Assembly (NCBI GenBank): GCA_965287045.1
Contig: OZ336883.1
Span: 62,372,001 to 62,436,000, forward strand
From: Carcharhinus amblyrhynchos
Taxonomy: Eukaryota
Direction: 5' to 3'
Length of the DNA: 64,000 bases
Positions 53,572 through 64,000 of the stretch are shown here, in pieces (position 1 is the stretch's first letter; each line of letters starts with the position of its first letter). The notes under the pieces are model-generated. The model was given only the letters and a program-made list of their open reading frames with translations, did not search any database and was not told where the DNA came from. Both the position numbers and the translations under genes were made by a program.

Positions 53572-53740
53572 CATAAAAGCAAAATACTGTGGATACTGGA
53601 ATCTGAAACAAAAGCAGGAAATGCTGGAAAATCTTAGACGGTCTGATAGCATGTGTGGAGAGAGAATAGAGCCAACGTTTCGAGTTGAGATGACCCTTCA
53701 TCAGAGCTAGCTGAGATTTTCCAGTATTTTCTGTTTCTGG
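53572..53740 (-). mobile_element. Penelope-derived short repeat with inverted extension
   Basis: Same family as 14930 and 15594; followed by inverted GCTGAGATTTTCCAGTATTTTCTGTTT. Confidence 0.8.
53669..53709 (-). ncRNA. Minimal type I hammerhead ribozyme motif
   Basis: AGCU-CUGAUGA-A-GGGU(caucuca)ACUC-GAAA-CG-UU-GGCU: intact core, stems I and II, palindromic ACGU stem III. Confidence 0.65.
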
Positions 53741-54159
53741 TTCTGTTTCTGTTTTATTAGCACATTGGCTGTCATTCTCCACCAATGTATTAAGGAGAGC
53801 CCTGACAGCTCCATTTCTTACAGCTAAATGTAGGAAAGACCAAAGCCATTGTCTTTAGCCATGATCATAAAATCCATTCTATGTTTCACTGACTACTTTC
53901 TCCATTCAATGCACTGCCATGAGCTGAACCAGACAGTTCACAGTCTTTGTACAATTCAATCCCTAAACCGAACTCCCATATTTCCTGTTGCTCCCTATTG
54001 GCTTTTATCCCTTAAATCCCTTGAGTGCCTTAAGGTGCTTTTTTCTATGTAAAAGGTGCTAAATTAATGCAAGTTATGAAAATGGGGAACTTACAATGAT
54101 TACATTTTTATTTTTTCGGCCAGTGGTGGATTTTTATAACTGCAATCTAATGACTGTGT

Positions 54160-55000
54160 AGGGGCGATATTCTAACCTCGCTGTGCCTGTCGCAGGATGC
54201 ACCAATCTCAGAAAATTGCATGTGGGCCTAAAACTCAATTTCATACCCAGTGCCAAATGGTTTGCAGTTGTCCCAATCCCTTTCTAATGATTCAAACCAG
54301 ATCATGACCAGAAGGGTGTGAGGCTGATTAGCATATTTAAAGCAGCATTTAAGTATACATAGCCCGTTTGATGCCAGATTCTGTCAGCTCCCTGGACCTT
54401 CCAACCAACGAGAGTCACTACTGGCCTCCACTTGCAGAGACCAGATACAATGGTCATGCTGTAGTGAGGGGTTTGGAGGCCATTGAAGCCGCCAGGTGGG
54501 TGGGAACATGACTGGGCAGTGTCCACCTGAAAACCTGGCAGTGCCATTTGGGCACTGCCTATGTGTCAAGTCATAGCGGCCTGAGTGGCAGTAGGGCTTG
54601 AGCTGGGGCTATATCGGGTCGGCTATAACAGTGGGGTTATCAAGGAATCGTGCAAGGGTAGAGCATGAAAGCGAGTCATGTAGAGCATAATGGGGGTCAT
54701 ATAGAAATAGAGCCTGGAGGTGGGCTCATGAAGGGTATCTCATGAAGTGGGGGACATGTCAGGGGTCATGAAGGGAGACTCATTGGGAGGCCCCGAAGTT
54801 GACAATCCATGTCGGGGAAGGCAGTAAGGAAACATGCGCTGATAAAATGGGGGAGCCTGATGTCTGTGGGGTGAGGGCAGGGGGCTTCTAGTGCACTGAG
54901 AGATCGGGTCATTGTATCAAAATGGCGCACAACTGCTTTGCAGCCAGGCTCACTGGTGTGTTTAGGCACTCTCCCCCTGAAGCAGTGCATAACTCACCAC
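54160..55000. mobile_element. GC-rich non-autonomous DNA transposon fragment (Harbinger-like)
   Basis: Starts GGGGCGATATTCT; internal GGCAGTGCC/GGCACTGCC motifs resemble 63345-64000. Confidence 0.45.
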
Positions 55001-55849
55001 TCTTCAAAAAATGACTGAATGTGGAACAATTGCAGTCTCGACGGCATCAGTCAGATATTCTCACCGTTACGTCATTTAGGGGTTTTTGTTTTGGAAAATC
55101 ATGGTCTATGTCTTTTTGTTTTATTAATGATGCTTACTATTTCTTTTCTCTCATTAATGTACAATCTACCTTCAAACCTTTTGCTTTCTATGCTTCCAGA
55201 TATAATCAATATCAATAAAGTTGAAAGAACTTTTACTAATAACACTTGATAAAGTGATCTATACAATGAATCCAGAAGTAATTTAGTTAATTGCATTTGA
55301 TTTTGTAACAATTGACTTCACTTTCACTGAGATCAAATTTCATTTTCTGTTGCAGGCATTATATTAACGATAACAAGGTTAGTTCAGTGTGGTTATATTG
55401 GGTGAGATCCTCTGGCTCTTCATGTTTGCAGAAGCTTTTGGTCCCACCAACAGCACATCCCTACCACGGGTTTCCAGGCAGTATGAGTGAAATCAGTGGG
55501 AAATACCATTGACAGCAGAGAGACCAGAAGATCTTGCTGCTGGCCACTCTATCTGCTGCAGAGTGATGTGCTAAACTACTCACTTCCAACCACCGTGGGG
55601 TGTGTTACACGATAATTTGGTGGTGTGGTCTGCTGTTTTTAATAAAGAATGTGTTACACTGTCTTTTTTTTTGAAATATATGATACATTATCTGCCGTAC
55701 TCTGCGGGATGAAGTACATTATTTGATGCACTTTGTGGAATCGTACAGTATCGAGAATTGTGTACTATATCCCACATTGATAGGAACAGAGAGTGTGTTA
55801 TTTTCCACAGATAATACAGCTCATTTGTAAGTATAGTTGCCAGAAGTTC

Positions 55850-58179
55850 AAGCTTTTAAAAGGCTCAAAAGTATTGAACAGTGCTTATTCATCCAAAAGT
55901 ATGGGCAAATTATCTGATGACTTGCAGATTTCTGGAGATACCACGTCGACTGAGAAAGTTGAACAAGTGGATTCTGAAATGCCAACGGAACCATAAGATT
56001 TGGAGAGTCTGCTGAAGTGAAGGAAGAAACCTACCCTAAAGACATTGCTTTATGGCCAAAACTGTTCCATTGGGTACAGTAGAATACTGTACTAAATCAA
56101 CTGTAACACAAAGAGAATACAGAAAATTTGAAGAAAATATTTGAGTTTGGAGGCCGAAAGCAGGTTAGACATCTTCACCAGCCCCATTTTCTAAGGTGAA
56201 GAGAACTGCATGATGGAAGTTAAATATTGGTTGTGATTTTTTTCAGAGACCTCTAAGGCAGCCTATGATTTTGTTTGCAAATTATGCCCTATCCCTAGTA
56301 AAGAGAAAGAAACATTCTTCAATAGGTACTCGAAAAGAAGAAATGATACTACTGATCATGAAATTTCAAAAGCTCACATTAATGCTATGTGTCCATTAAT
56401 TATAATACGTAAATTAGCTGGGAGAATTGTTTCTGCGTCATCAGCTTAGTTTGAAAAGGAGTTTTCTTGTTGGGGAAGATGCTGAGAAATATTGTTGCCA
56501 TGGTCAAAGTGCTGTCTTCTTCGGGACTTCCTCTAAGAGGACTTGATGAGTCATCATTGTCAAATTGAAAAGACAATATTTTAGCCTGCCTTGAATAGCT
56601 CAGTGAATTTACTCAGCTTCACAAAGAGCATTTGAAAAATTATCAATATTGTGGCACAGGGAAGACCGACCTTTTAATGCACCAGACCTACAATGATTTC
56701 ATCACTATAATGATAGAGCAACTCAAAAACCAATTCACTAAAGAAGTTAAAGATGCCAAATAATATTTCCATAATCATTGATTCAACACCAGATGTGAAT
56801 CACGTGGACCAATTAACATTAATTTTAAGATGGTGATGGTGAAGATGTAGAGCAACTTCTTTGTTTAGTCCATCTAAAATTCAATACTTCTGGATGTCTG
56901 GAGGGAACTGTTTTGGAAACCTCACTGCAAATTGAGGTTTACACATCAAAAATTGTCATTGACAGTGCTTTAATAATGCTGCAAATATCGCAGAAAAATA
57001 TTCTACAAGCAAGACTGAATGATGCAAGCCCCTGTGCATTATTCACCCATGTTCCAGTCACTCCTTGAATTTAATTTGCAACATTGAGCCTGAATCCTGT
57101 GAGGTAGCCATACACTTTTTTGACTTTCCTCAAAATGTATTTACATTCTTTTCCAATTCCACACATAAGTGGAATATGTTGCTTGGAGCAGGCAAATGGA
57201 AAATATTTGATTGTCAAAAGAAGTTGTGACACCAAGTGGTCTGCTTGTGCAGATACTTTCTTGAAAATGAACTTTGATGATACAAAGGAAATCTTATTAG
57301 ACAGAGCCGCATCAAATTTAGAAAAATTGCATGTGAAAACTGAAGCAAAATTCATAGGAGAGAAGTTTGAAAAGCATGATATTGCTGTTTTGACTCTTTT
57401 GTGGAACTGTTTACTTCAAAGAATTAATGCCATTAGCAAATCACTTACAAAATATTGATATAAATTTATTGAATGCCTCAGTTAAAGTTTTGCCACAGAC
57501 GTTCAAAATTATTGTAGGTTGGTGGAAGCAAAGACAATAACATTAACAAAAAATATTGGTTCCTCTGATTCAACTGATGAGAAGCATATAAGATGCAGGA
57601 AGTTATTTTTCAATGAAACTAGAGACAATGAAATCAATTTAAAAAGGAAAGAGACGATCATTGTTGAGACTGTCGATATTTGTGACACAGTAATGGTAAA
57701 ACTGCAGAGTGGATATGTATCTCTGAAGACAACTGTTGATTTATGTGTGCTTTTTAATGGAAATATGGACGAAAATGCTAAAAACTACTGCAGTAAGAAA
57801 TTAAATTAATTGTACCAGGAGGATAATGTTTTGGAGATGAAGTAAAATATTTAATTCATTTTATTGATGATGAACTCTGTCCTTCGAGGTCACCATCTGA
57901 TTTGCACAGACTTGTATATGATTGTTTGCAGGCAACCTTTCCAAATATGAAAACCATTCTGAAAATATTTTTATCAATATCTGTCACAAATGCTTCCAGT
58001 GAACGTTCTTTTTCTGTGTTGAAAAGAATTAGAAGTTGTTAGCGAGGTACAATGAGTCAGGAACATTGGACAAGTTTACCAATATTGTCAATTGAAAGTG
58101 TGTATTTTTACAAGCTATTACCTACAATGATCTAGTTGGTGAATTAGTGAAGAAAAAGTGCAGAAGAAAAGCTATCTAA
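55850..58179 (+). pseudogene. Decayed hAT transposase (Tip100/Zaphod, ZMYM1-like: ZnF_TTF, DUF4371, hAT dimerisation domain)
   Basis: Motifs YDFVCKLC, HEISKAH, GLPLRGLDE, IIDSTPDVNHVDQLTLILR, KRSCDTKWSA, FPNMKTILKIFLSISVTNASSERSFSVLKRI...TMSQE, KKCRRKAI*; many stops and frameshifts. Confidence 0.92.
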
Positions 58180-58911
58180 ATTGCCATGCCAAAAAAGGGA
58201 TGAATCAAGAAAATCTTAAAAATCTGTATCACTTCCATTGTCTTGTGTTTAAATTCTGTTTTTCAAAATGGACCATTGTTGGGCTGAAATAATAACTGCA
58301 ATTGGTCAAATGTTGGTAGTTCTCATCACAAACACTCTCAGGACTAGCTTTCAGAAAGTTTCTAGGACAAAGAATAGTATCCTGCTGATCTTAGACTTGG
58401 ATTCTCTGGAGTCTACTCACATGCATTTATGGCAATAACTTTATTGATTTTGTGAGATGATGCTAACTTTTATTTTTGAAACTGAATGAGACTCTGTCAA
58501 ATATACTGAATGGCAGCGCATGCATCTTGTTGATTGGAATATTTGCTCCAGCACTGGCTCCTTCTGAACAAATTGTAATGCATGAGTCTTTTTAAATAAA
58601 GATTTGCAAGGCAATGTTTTTACTAGCTGTACTGGTATGTGCTGCAATGATGTCATTGGCTGATCTTTTTCCATCTCGTTGCTCATCAGCAAGTTCCATG
58701 TTTGCTTACCTCAAAACTGCAAAATCATTGCAATATTAACCATCTTTGCCATCATTCTTACAAGAGACAAGCTTGAATTGCAGCAAGACAATTATCATAC
58801 AAACGTGTTTTACAAATGAAAAGCAGTGATTAATTTGTGTATTTTTATAGCTTCTGCCTTGGGGTTCTGTGCGGCAAGGGTGGATGCAGAGGGGTGATGG
58901 AGGGGGCAGAA

Positions 58912-59249
58912 ATGGGCAGCATGGTAGCACAGTGGTGGTTATCACTGCTGCTAAGGACTGGGTTCAATTCTAGCCTTGAGTAACTGTATGAAGTTTGCAC
59001 CTTCTCCCCTGCGTGGATTTCTTCTGAATGCTTCGGTTTCCTCCCACTGTCCAAAGATGTGCAGTTTAGGTGGATTGGCCATACTAAATGTCCCTTAATG
59101 TTCAAGAGTGTATAGGTTAGGGAGGATTAGCGGGGTAAATACATGGGATTACAGGGATAGAGCCTGGGAAAGATGCTGTGTCGGAGGGTCGGTGCAGACC
59201 TGATGGGCCAATGGCCTCCTTCTGCATTGCAGGATTCTACGATTTTATG
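58912..59249 (+). mobile_element. HE1-like V-SINE
   Basis: Head GGGCAGCATGGTAGCACAGTGG, V-domain, tail GATGGGCCAATGGCCTCCTTCTGCA. Confidence 0.9.
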
Positions 59250-59289
59250 AAGGTGATTCTAAATTCTATGATGCTAAACCCCCTTCTTC

Positions 59290-59480
59290 TGAAATATGTG
59301 ACACCAGCTGCTGTACTCTGTAGGGATCTGTGACACATGATCAGTTGTAATCATTGTAAGAAGCATGATGCAACCTGCTATGTTCTACAGGATATATTGC
59401 ACTATCTGCTGTAATCTGCGGGATATGTTGCAGTATCTGCTGTACTGATTGTAGTGTATTATATTATTTGCTCTAATTGA
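59290..59480 (+). repeat. Degenerate about 31-bp tandem repeat
   Basis: ATCTGCTGTAATCTGCGGGATATGTTGCAGT-like units; related motifs at 55550-55780 and 60120-60200. Confidence 0.6.
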
Positions 59481-60768
59481 TATACTGACAGCTCCATCAG
59501 GATTGGATGTAGAATTATTTTATAAATGAACAAGAATTATTAGGTCAAAGCACGCTTTAAAGAGGGACACAGTTGAATCAGTCTTTTATCACAGCAGGGA
59601 AGACTGCAAAGCAGGAATTTCAGTGTTGATGAAAGAATGTTTCTTTCGCCAGTAAAGATTGGAAGAAGCAAGACATCAAAGGCACTGTGCAACAAATAAT
59701 TACAGCTAATAGCAGCTGTGTCAATATCATGCAAAGAGGTAGTGATAGCTACATAATTTACATAGAAAATAGAACAGCACTCTAAAGCTTGGAAGAATTT
59801 CAAACTACTCTTCCTGGGATTAGCATAATCAGCAAGGCTCTCAACTGCTGATGAAGCATCTTTTGAAAGTGAATTATAATCAATAGTAATCTCATATGCA
59901 TTATTTGTAAGAGATGTTTTATTCCAGTTGACTAGATGTAAAAAGAGGTATTTACAATTGTCTCTTCATCTTTGAACCCATATTAGAGATGTAAGACCAT
60001 ATCAACAACTCTCAATACTCCACCTTAAGACAATATGGTGGGGTGGGGGGGATGGAATATGACAATTTCCTAAATAAATCTAACATGCCCTCATGGCTGT
60101 GGAATCTGTAACTGCATTAATCACTGTGAGTTGTGGTACACTGTCTGCTCCAAGTGTTGCTGGATTTGTTACATTGTCTGCTGTGATGTGATTCTGCTAG
60201 CTGTAAAACCACAGCATTTGGGTCAGTTACTACCACAATTACAGATTTAAAGGCAAACTGATGAAAAATTAGACCATCTGCTGAAAAAGCTGGCTGATCA
60301 TTTCAGCACACCGCTGGTGCTAAAGAAGCAGTTTAAAAACGGTGTAATAATACAAAAGCAAGACAATAGAGGGAGAACCGTGGGATCTCTGTATGCTAAG
60401 TTTCCCTTTCACTAATATTCTGTATCTATATCATCCAAATATAAATTAGTAGTCAAGTTAATTGCACAACATACCCAAAATATGCATTCAACTGCTGGGT
60501 TTCACTTCAAGATAATAGTCATTTCAAAAATACAAAGATGTAGCAAGGTGGTAGCATAGCCCAGTGGTGCTCTGGAAATCCACTCCATGATGTGCTTGAA
60601 CTTGAATTCATTGTGCTTTCCCATGTGTCAGCTTTCTGGTTTTTGACCATGCTGCCAGGCAAAATCACTAGCCCAGGAGTTGGGAGTTTCTCCAGAGGCT
60701 TAGATAATCGTCTGGCAACTGCCTCTAACCACATTCTTGCAACTTAGGGCAGCTGTTAAAAATAGTCA

Positions 60769-61853
60769 TGATGTGGAGATGCCGGCGTTGGACTGGGGTA
60801 AGCACAGTAAGCAATCTCAACACCAGGTTAAAGGTCCAACAGGTTTATTTGGCAGCACTAGCTTTCGGAGCCTCAAGCTCCTTCATCAGGTGAGTGAGGA
60901 CTTGTGTTCACAAATGGGGCATATAAAGAAACAAACTCAATTTACAGGATAATGGTTGGAATGCGAGTCTTTACAGGTAATCAAGTCTTAAAGGTATAGC
61001 CAATGAGAGTGGAGAGAGGGTCAAGCACAGGTTGAAGAGATGTGTTGTCTCCAGCCAAGACAGTTGGTGAGATTTTGCAAGCTCCTTTCCTTTCCTGCAG
61101 CTTATCAGGTAGACAACGTCGGCAATAGAATGTACCATGTACCTGTGTAGAAATTTGGTGTTTGTGTTAATATGTGCAATCTTCTTGGAGAAGAAATTTG
61201 ATGTCTGTGTCGATATACACAGGTACAAGGTACATACTCTTGCAACTTAGCCAACGTTGTCTACCTGATACACTGCAGGAAAGGATGTAGCGAGGCATGG
61301 TACATTGGGGAGACCATGCAGATGCTACAACAACGAATGAATGAACACCACTTGACAATCACCAGGCCTTCCAGTCGGGGAACACTTCAGCAGTCACAGG
61401 CATTCAGCCTCTGATCTTCGGGTAAACGTTCTCCAAGGCAGCCTTCATGACACACGACAATGCAGAATTGCTGAGCAGAAACTGATAGCCAAGTTCCGCA
61501 CACATGAGGACGGCCTCAACCAGGATCTTGGGTTCATGTCACACTATCTGTAACCCCCGCTACTTGCCTGGGCTTGCAAAATCTCACTAACTGTCCTGGC
61601 TGGGGACAATACACATCTCTTTAACCTGTGCTTAACCCTCTCTCCACTCACATTGGCTGTACCTTTAAGACTTGATTACCTGTAAAGACTTGCATTCCAA
61701 CCATTATCTTGTAAATTGTGTTTGTGTCTTTATACGTCCTGTTTGTGAACACAAGTCCTCACTCACCTGATGAAGGAGCTTGAGGCTCTTAAAGCTAATG
61801 CTGCCAAATAAACCTGTTGGACTTTAACCTGGTGTTGTGAGACTTCTTACTGT
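60769..61853 (+). mobile_element. Penelope-like element: inverted pLTR, GIY-YIG remnant, pLTR
   Basis: 61220-61553 YSCNLANVVYLIHCRKGCSEAWYIGETMQ...PVGEHFS...AEQKLIAKFRTHEDGLNQD (one frameshift); arms 60804-61082 and 61572-61853 are inverted repeats. Confidence 0.92.
60855..60894 (-). ncRNA. Minimal type I hammerhead ribozyme in Penelope pLTR
   Basis: CAC-CUGAUGA-A-GGAGC(uugag)GCUCC-GAAA-GC-UA-GUG: intact core, 5-bp stem II, palindromic AGCU stem III. Confidence 0.72.
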
Positions 61854-62405
61854 CTAAAATAGGGCAGAGGGCAAGGCAGGGTGTTTTGATGGCAACTGCA
61901 AGCAAATCTTTTTTATTTAAAGACCTAAAAAGGGGGGGGGTAGCTGGGGATTTTTCTCTGTACAATCAGTTTAGTCAAAGACTTGCTCAAAAATTTTCTG
62001 TTTTCATTTAAGCTTGATGAATAATTAAATGGCCTGTTTTGAATCTGGATTTTATATGCATAACATTTCTTGGCAAACTACTTAGTCTTTTATGATTTTA
62101 CTTCAATAAGAACTGAAAAGAACAGTATGCTGGTTTTTTTAAAAAAATTCTTGCTCCCTAAGAGCCTTTTTTTAAATCCCTGTGCTTTAGAAAGTTAAGT
62201 GTCTACTTGGCAAAGTTAGTAGCATCTTCATTATGACTCAGATAATTGTAGGGTCAGCCCTCACTATAGGATTAGAAACATAGGGTGGAATTTTCCCAAA
62301 AAATGACCTCGGGTGCGATCTTATGAAAAAAGCTCTGAGTGCCGAATGAGTGAGAAAACGGGAGAGTTTCAGACATGTTCTTTGAGCGAGTTTGAAAATG
62401 CAATC

Positions 62406-63150
62406 TTAGAGGTTTACAGCATGGAAACAGGCCCTTTGGCCCAACTTGTCCATGTCGACCCTTTTTATTAAACCCCTAAGCTAGTCCCAGTTGCCCACAT
62501 TTGGCCCATATCCCTCTATACTCATCTTACCCATGTAACTGTCTAAATGCCTTTTAAAAGACAATATTGTACCTGCCTCTGGCAGCTTATTCCAAACACT
62601 CATCACCTTCTGTGTGGAAAAAATTGCCCCTTTGGACCCTTTTGTATCTCTCCCCTCTCACGATAAACCTATGCCCTCTTGTTTTAGACCCCCTTCCTTT
62701 GGGAAAAGATATTGACCATCTAGCTAATCTATGCCCCTCATTATTTTGTAGACCTATATAAAATTACCCCTCATCCTCCTACGCTCCAGAGGAAAAAGTC
62801 CCAGTCTATCCAGCCTCCCCTTATAACTCAAATCATCAAGTCCCAATAGCACCCTAGTAAATCTTTTCTGCACTCTTTCTAGTTTAATAATATCCCTTCT
62901 ATAACGGGGTGATCAGAACTGTACATGGTATTCCAAGTGTGCCCTTAGCAATGTCTTGTACAACTTCAACAAACGTCCCAACTTCTGTATTCAATGGTCT
63001 GATTGATGAAACCAAGCCTGCCAAATGCCGCCTTCACCATTCTGTCCACCTGTAACTCCACTTTCAAGGAGCTTTGAACCTGTACCCCTTAATCCCTTTG
63101 TTCTATAACTCTCCCCAATGCCCTACCATTAACTGAGTAGTCCTGCTCTT
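62406..63150 (-). mobile_element. CR1 3' end
   Basis: Reverse-complement match to the 51262-51859 subfamily. Confidence 0.92.
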
Positions 63151-63344
63151 GTTTGATCTAATAAAAAGCACTCCTGTGAAATACACTGTGTTAAAAGGTA
63201 TAAATCTCATGAATATAATACTATGTTACAGGGTATAACATTCCTGTATATATTATATAACACACTGTGTGTTGCAGGCTAAAACACTCCTGTGTATAGT
63301 ATATAACACAGTTCTTATGGCACTTAGTGCAAACTAAGTGCCAG

Positions 63345-64000
63345 GATACAATTCTCTCCAGCAGAGTGGGTTGGGGCCTAAGCTTGCCAGAGAAGCCAGC
63401 TGCTGAGCTCCAGGGCTGCCATTGCTCAGATGCCCCAATCTTCCTCTGTACTAGTAGATCGCCTAGTGCCCCCCTGCCCGCCATGGACATTGGGAGTGCC
63501 CCCCCAACACCATTTGTCCCCTGTGCCAGTATCCAACCCTCTGCCCATCTCACAGACATCGTCACCACCCCCGTCGATCAACCACCCCCCCCCCGCATAC
63601 TTCGCATCCTCCCACACCCTTCTCCACCCTTCTACAGAGTTCCGTCCCTCCCACACTTACTGCCACCCCTTCTGCACAGTTCCCTTCAACCCTCCTGGCA
63701 AATCTTTCCCTCCGCCCCTAGCAGAGTTCCCACCTTCCCTCCCATCCTGGCAGAGTCCCCATTCCCTGTCTCCCTGTTATAGCTCCACTCCATAGGTTCT
63801 GCACCCACTCAGGCCTCTCTCCCTTGGCACTATTATGGTGCTAGGTGGGCAGTATACGATACAGACAGACAACCTGGCTATGCTTGCCTGGCACTATCAG
63901 CCCTGCCCCTGACAAATGGAGGGGGGCGGGGGGGGGGGGGGGGGCGACTTCATTGGCCTCTGATTCCCCCCAGTGAGGTCATCACATCTAGTCTCTACTG
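63345..64000. mobile_element. GC-rich non-autonomous DNA transposon fragment, runs off the window
   Basis: C-rich interior, GGCACT/AGTGCC motifs and poly-G, similar to 54160-55000. Confidence 0.4.

Noticed and set aside
55356-55377. 22-nt micro-exon candidate (TTGCAG...AAG|GTTAGT)
   Set aside because: Frame-shifting length, weak donor and no supporting gene context
55580-58237. TCACTTCCA on both sides of the hAT transposase as a possible TSD
   Set aside because: The sequences just inside are not inverted repeats; probably chance
60251-60415. Open frame RQTDEKLDHLLKKLADHFSTPLVLKKQF..., vaguely gag-like
   Set aside because: Short, no start or splice support, and no other retroelement domains nearby
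63221-63795. Overlapping 115-151 aa ORFs
   Set aside because: Low-complexity C-rich transposon-like DNA with few stops; no recognisable domain

Overview
Repeat-rich vertebrate genomic DNA, almost certainly a shark or other elasmobranch (HE1-type V-SINEs, CR1 LINEs with SGNH-esterase ORF1, Deu-domain SINEs). Nearly all ORFs in the track are decayed LINE fragments or spurious. The window holds many CR1 fragments plus Rex1/Babar, RTE and L2 fragments, a decayed hAT transposase (about 55.8-58.2 kb), a hAT MITE with a perfect 8-bp TSD (7807-8525), an intron-containing Harbinger Myb/SANT gene split by a CR1, probable solo LTRs, and Penelope-like elements carrying minimal hammerhead ribozymes, including a nested fold-back element at 60769-61853. 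The only host-gene signal is a pair of candidate plus-strand exons (17473-17533 and 36161-36237) that splice in frame into a C-terminus I cannot name. No CRISPR, rRNA or true tRNA genes are seen. Element boundaries were read by eye and family assignments come from recalled motifs, not database searches.
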